Source: Eledone cirrhosa (lineage: Eukaryota). From it: 64,000 bases of DNA. Both the position numbers and the translations under genes were made by a program. The stretch spans positions 86,738,001-86,802,000 of the forward strand of contig OZ024745.1 in NCBI GenBank assembly GCA_964016885.1. Reading direction: 5' to 3'. Every line of letters starts with the position of its first letter. Within the stretch, counting starts at the first letter, position 1. This document shows, piece by piece, positions 58,554 to 64,000 of the stretch. Below the pieces are notes generated by a model that saw only the letters and a list, made by a program, of their open reading frames with translations, did no database searches and was not told the origin of the DNA.

Positions 58554-60304
58554 GACCAAACAATATCACAGACCAAACAATATCTCAGACCAAACTATAT
58601 CACAGGTCAAACTATATCACAGACCAAACTCTATTGCAGACCCAACTAGATCATAGACTAAACTATATCACAGGTGAAACTATATCACAGAGCAAATTAT
58701 ATCACAAACCAAACTATATCATAGACCAACCTTGATCACAAAGCAAACTATATCATAGACCAAACTATTTCACAGACCAATCTACATCACAGTCGAAGCT
58801 ACGTTACACACCAAACTATATCACAGACAAAACTATATCACAGACAAACTATATCAGAGGTCAAACTATATCACAATCCAAACTATATCATAGACCAATC
58901 TATATCATAGATCAAACTATATCACAGACCAAACTATATTACAAACAAAACTATATCACAGACCAAACTATATCACAAAGGAAATTATATGTCAGACCAA
59001 TCTATATCACAGCCCAAACTAAATCACAGACCAAACTATATCGCAGACCAAACTATATCATAGACCAAACTATATCACAGACCAAACTATATCAGAGACC
59101 AAAGTATATCACTCACCAAACTATATGACAGGTCAAACTATATCACAGACCAAACTATATCACAGACCAAGCTATATCACATGCCAAACTTTATCAAAGA
59201 TCAAACTATAACACAGAATAAACTATATCACAGATCAATCTTTGTCACAAACCAAACAATATCACAGAGAGAATTATTTCACAGACCAAACTATATCACA
59301 GACGAAACTACATTACACACCAAACTATATCATATACAAAACTATATCACAGACCAAACTATATAAGAGGTCAAACTATATAACAGACCAAACTATATAA
59401 CAGACCAAACTATATCACAGACCAAACTATATCACAGGACAAACTTTATCACAAATGAATCTATATCACATACCAAACTATATCAGAGACCAAAGTATAT
59501 CAGTCACCAAACTATATGACAGGTCAAAATATATCACAGACCAAAGTATTTCACACACCAAACTATATCATAGATCAAACTATATCACAGAGAACTTATA
59601 TCTCAGACCTAACTATATCAGAGGTCAAACTATATCACAGACTAAACTATATAACAGACCAAACTATATCACAGACCAAATTATATCAGAGACCAAAGTA
59701 TATGACAGGTCAAAATATATCACAGACCAATCTATATCACAGACCTAACTCTATCAGAGACCAAACTACATCACAGACCAAACTATATCCAGACTAAACT
59801 ATAAAACAGACCAAACTATATGATATACCAAACTATATCACAGGTCAAACTATATCACAGACCACACCATATCACACACCACACTATATCACAGGTGAAT
59901 CTATATCACAGACCAAACTATATCATAGACCAAACTATATCTCAGACCAAACTATATCACAGACCGGACTATATCACAGACCAAGCTTTATCACAGACCA
60001 AACTATATCATGGACCAAACTATATCTCCGACCAAACTATATCACAAACGAAACAATATCACAGACCAAACTATAGTACAGACGAAACTATATCTAAGAC
60101 GAGACTATATCGCAGAATAAATTATATCACAGGTTAAACGATATCACAGAACAAACTATATCTCTAAACAAACTATATCACAGAGTAAACTATATCACAG
60201 ACCAAAATATATTACTGAACAAACTATAAGACAGAACAAACTATATCACAGAGCAAACTATATCAGAGAGGAAATTATATCTCAGACCAAACTATATCAG
60301 AGGG

Positions 60305-60618
60305 AGATAGTTTGGTATGTGATATACTTTGGTCTGACATATAATTTCCTTTGTGATATAGTTTGGTTTGTGATATAGATTGGTCTGTGATATTGCTTGA
60401 ACCGATATATAGTTTGGTATATCATATAGTTTGGTCTGTTTTATAGTTTGGTCTGTGATATAGTTTGGTCTACGAGATAGTTTGGTTTGTGATATAGTTA
60501 GGTCTGTGATATAGTTTGACCAGTGATATGGTTTGATCTGTGATATAGTTTGGTCTGTGATATAGTTTAGTCTGTGATATAGTTAGGTCTGAGATATAGA
60601 TTGGTATGTGATATAGTT
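60305..60618 (-). repeat. ~315-bp inverted satellite block (copy c), nearly identical to copy b
   Basis: Offset 2065 from copy b; only a couple of substitutions visible. Confidence 0.96.
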
Positions 60619-63600
60619 GACCAAACAATATCACAGACCAAACAATATCTCAGACCAAACTATATCACAGGTCAAACTATATCACAGACCAAACTCTATT
60701 GCAGACCCAACTAGATCATAGACTAAACTATATCACAGGTGAAACTATATCACAGAGCAAATTATATCACAAACCAAACTATATCATAGACCAACCTTGA
60801 TCACAAAGCAAACTATATCACAGACCAAACTATTTCACAGACCAATCTACATCACAGTCGAAGCTACGTTACACACCAAACTATATCACAGACAAAACTA
60901 TATCACAGACAAACAATATCAGAGGTCAAACTATATCACAATCCAAACTATATCATAGACCAATCTATTTCATAGATCAAACTATATCACAGGTCAAACT
61001 ATATCACAGACCAAACTATATTACAGACAAAACTATATCACAGACCAAACTATATCACAAAGGAAATTATATGTCAGACCAATCTATATCACAGCCCAAA
61101 CTAAATCACAGACCAAACTATATCGCAGACCAAAACTATATCATAGACCAAACTATATCACAGGTCAAACTATATCACACACCAAACTCTATCCCAGACC
61201 AATCTACATTACAAACCAAACTATAACACAGAATAAACTATATCACAGACCAATCTTTTTCACAAACCAAACAATACCACAAAGCGAATTATTTCACAGA
61301 CCAAACAATATCACAGACGAAACTACATTACAAACCAAACTATATCACATACAAAACTATATCACAGACCAAACTATATCACAGGACAAACTATATCACA
61401 GGTCAAACTATATCATACAACAAAATATATTACAGAGGAACTTATATCTCAGACCTAACTATATCAGAGGTCAAACTATATCACAGACCAAACTAGACCA
61501 AACTATATCACAGACCAAATTATATCACAGGTCAGACTATATCACAGACAAAACTATATCACAGACCAAACTATATCAGACACCAAAGTATATCACTCAC
61601 CAAACTATATGACAGGTCAAACTATATCACAGACCAACTTATATGACAGGTCAAACTATATCACAGACCAAACTATATCACAGACTTAATTATATCAGAA
61701 ACCAAACTATATCACAGACCAAACTATACCACAGACCAAACTATAAAACAGACCATACTATATGATATACCAAACTATATCTCAGGTCAAACAATATCAC
61801 AGACCAAACTATATCACAAACCAAACTATATCACAAAAGAAATTATATGTCAGACCAAACTATATCACAGACCAAACTAAATCAGACAACAAATTATATC
61901 ACACACCAAACTCTATCCCACACCAAACTATATCACAGGTCAAACTATATCACAGTCCAAACTATAACACAGATCAAACTATATCACAGACCAAAATATG
62001 TCACAGAGGAAATTATATCTCAGACCAAATTTTATCATAGACCAAACTATATCACAGACCAAATTATATCACAGGTCAGACTATATCACAGAGCAAACTA
62101 TATCACAGACCAAACTATATCAGAGACCAAAGTATATCACTCACCAAACTATATGACAGGTCAAACTATATCACAGACCAAACTATATCACAGACCAAGC
62201 TATATCACATGCCAAACTTTATCAAAGATCAAACTATAACACAGAATAAACTATATCACAGATCAATCTTTGTCACAAACCAAACAATATCACAGAGAGA
62301 ATTATTTCACAGACCAAACTATATCACAGACGAAACTACATTACACACCAAACTATATCACATACAAAACTATATCACAGACCAAACTATATAAGAGGTC
62401 AAACTATATAACAGACCAAACTATATAACAGACCAAACTATATCACAGACCAAACTATATCACAGGACAAACTTTATCACAAATGAATCTATATCACATA
62501 CCAAACTATATCAGAGACCAAAGTATATCAGTCACCAAACTATATGACAGGTCAAAATATATCACAGACCAAAGTATTTCACACACCAAACTATATCATA
62601 GATCAAACTATATCACAGAGAAACTTATATCTCAGACCTAACTATATCAGAGGTCAAACTATATCACAGACTAAACTATATAACAGAACAAACTATATCA
62701 CAGACCAAATTATATCAGAGACCAAAGTATATGACAGGTCAAAATATATCACAGACCAATCTATATCACAGACCTAACTCTATCAGAGACCAAACTACAT
62801 CACAGACCAAACTATATCCAGACTAAACTATAAAACAGACCAAACTATATGATATACCAAACTATATCTCAGGTCAAACAACATCACAGACCAAACTATA
62901 TCACAGACCAAACTAAATCACAGACCAAATTATATCACACACCAAACTCTATCCCACACCAAACTATATCACATGTCAAACTATATCACAGACCAAACTA
63001 TAACACAGATCAAATTATATCACAGACCAAACTATATCACATAGGAAATTATATCACAGACCAAATTATATCACAGACCAAACTATATCACAGACCAAAT
63101 TATATCACAGGTCAGACTATATCACAGACCAAACTATATCACAGATCAAACTAAATCAGAGACCAAAGTATATCACTCACCAAACTATATCACAGGTCAA
63201 ACTATATGACATGGCAAACTATATCACAGACCAAACTACATCACTGACCAAACTACATGACAGACCAAACCATATCACAGACCTATCTATATCACCGACC
63301 AAACTAAATCACAGCCCAATCTCTATTGCAGACCAAAATATATCATAGACAAAACTATATCAGAGGTCAAACTATATCACACACCAAACTCTATCACAGA
63401 CCAAACTACATCACAGGGCAAAATATAACACAGAATAAACTATATCACAGACCAATCTTTATCACAAACCAAACAATATCACACAGCGAATTATTTCACA
63501 GACCAAACTATATCACAGACGAAACTATATCAGAGACCAAACTATATAAGAGGTCAAACTATATCACAGACCAAACTATATGACAGACCAAACTATATGA

Positions 63601-64000
63601 CAGACCAAATTATATCACAGACCAAACTATATCACAGACCAAACTATATGACAGGCTAAACTATATCACAGACCAATCTATATCACCGACCAAACTATAT
63701 CACAGACCAAACTATATTACAGACAAAAACTATATCACAGGTCAAACTATATCACAGACCACACCATATCACAGACCAAATTATATCACAGAACAAACTA
63801 TATCACAGGTGAATCTATGTCACAGACCAATCTATATCACAGACCAAACTATATCACACAACAAATTATATCACAGATCATACCATATCCCAGGTCGAAC
63901 TATATCACAGGCCAAACTATTTCACAGACAAATCTAAATCACAGACCAATCTATATCACAGACCAAACTATATCACAGGCTAAACTATGAAACAGACTAA

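Larger units (their letters stand above)
57770..62870 (+). repeat. 2065-bp duplication carrying the inversion, plus a ~770-bp block repeated at +3028
   Basis: GACCACACCATATCACACACCACACT at 57795 and 59860. Identical 61-aa translations at 59181 and 62209. Confidence 0.9.
5692..64000 (+). repeat. Satellite DNA array, 17-bp monomer ACAGACCAAACTATATC, runs off the right end of the window
   Basis: Continuous head-to-tail monomers, mostly 0-3 substitutions each, with occasional 1-2 nt indels. About 55 kb after subtracting the two LINE insertions, so roughly 3,200 monomers. Consensus composition A8 C5 T3 G1, no CpG. Confidence 0.98.

Noticed and set aside
7810-63583. Well over a hundred + strand ORFs of 60-333 aa as protein-coding genes
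   Set aside because: All are translations of the stop-free 17-bp monomer in overlapping frames, with arbitrary starts and stops and no unique domain or splice structure.
5692-64000. CRISPR-like array
   Set aside because: Monomers are contiguous with no unique spacers, no cas genes are present, and the context is eukaryotic LINE/microsatellite DNA.
5692-64000. Telomeric repeat or CENP-B box (17 bp)
   Set aside because: No similarity to the CENP-B box (no TTCG/CGGG). The C/A-rich strand runs towards the right end, the opposite of a right-arm telomere, and monomers are too heterogeneous for telomerase products.

Overview
Eukaryotic (invertebrate-looking, gene-free) repeat DNA at the edge of a large satellite array. 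No cellular protein-coding gene or RNA gene is supported. Bases 1-5691 hold AT-rich unique/TE-derived DNA: (TA)n microsatellites, a near-full-length but decayed RTE-clade LINE (~700-4458; APE endonuclease + RT + a C4HC3 PHD-type finger, (GAT)n tail) and a ~200-bp minus-strand relic resembling the C-terminus of a CRE-type (RLE) non-LTR element. From ~5692 to the window end runs a tandem array of a 17-bp monomer (consensus ACAGACCAAACTATATC, about 3,200 copies by length). The array carries nested higher-order duplications (118 bp to ~3 kb), one 22-bp and three ~315-bp inverted blocks, and two younger 5'-truncated RTE insertions (18860-20278, internally deleted; 35272-36815, 7-bp TSD). The many ITDQTISQTKLYHRPNY-type ORFs are a by-product of the monomer having no stop codon on the + strand. 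The most interesting signals are the PHD finger inside the LINE ORF (possible chromatin-guided insertion), a long nested fold in the LINE 5' UTR (possible HDV-like ribozyme remnant), the near-complementarity of the two intra-satellite LINE copies, and an inversion amplified as part of a higher-order repeat. The LINE 3' tail reminds me of octopus/cephalopod repeats, but that is recollection, not a search result.
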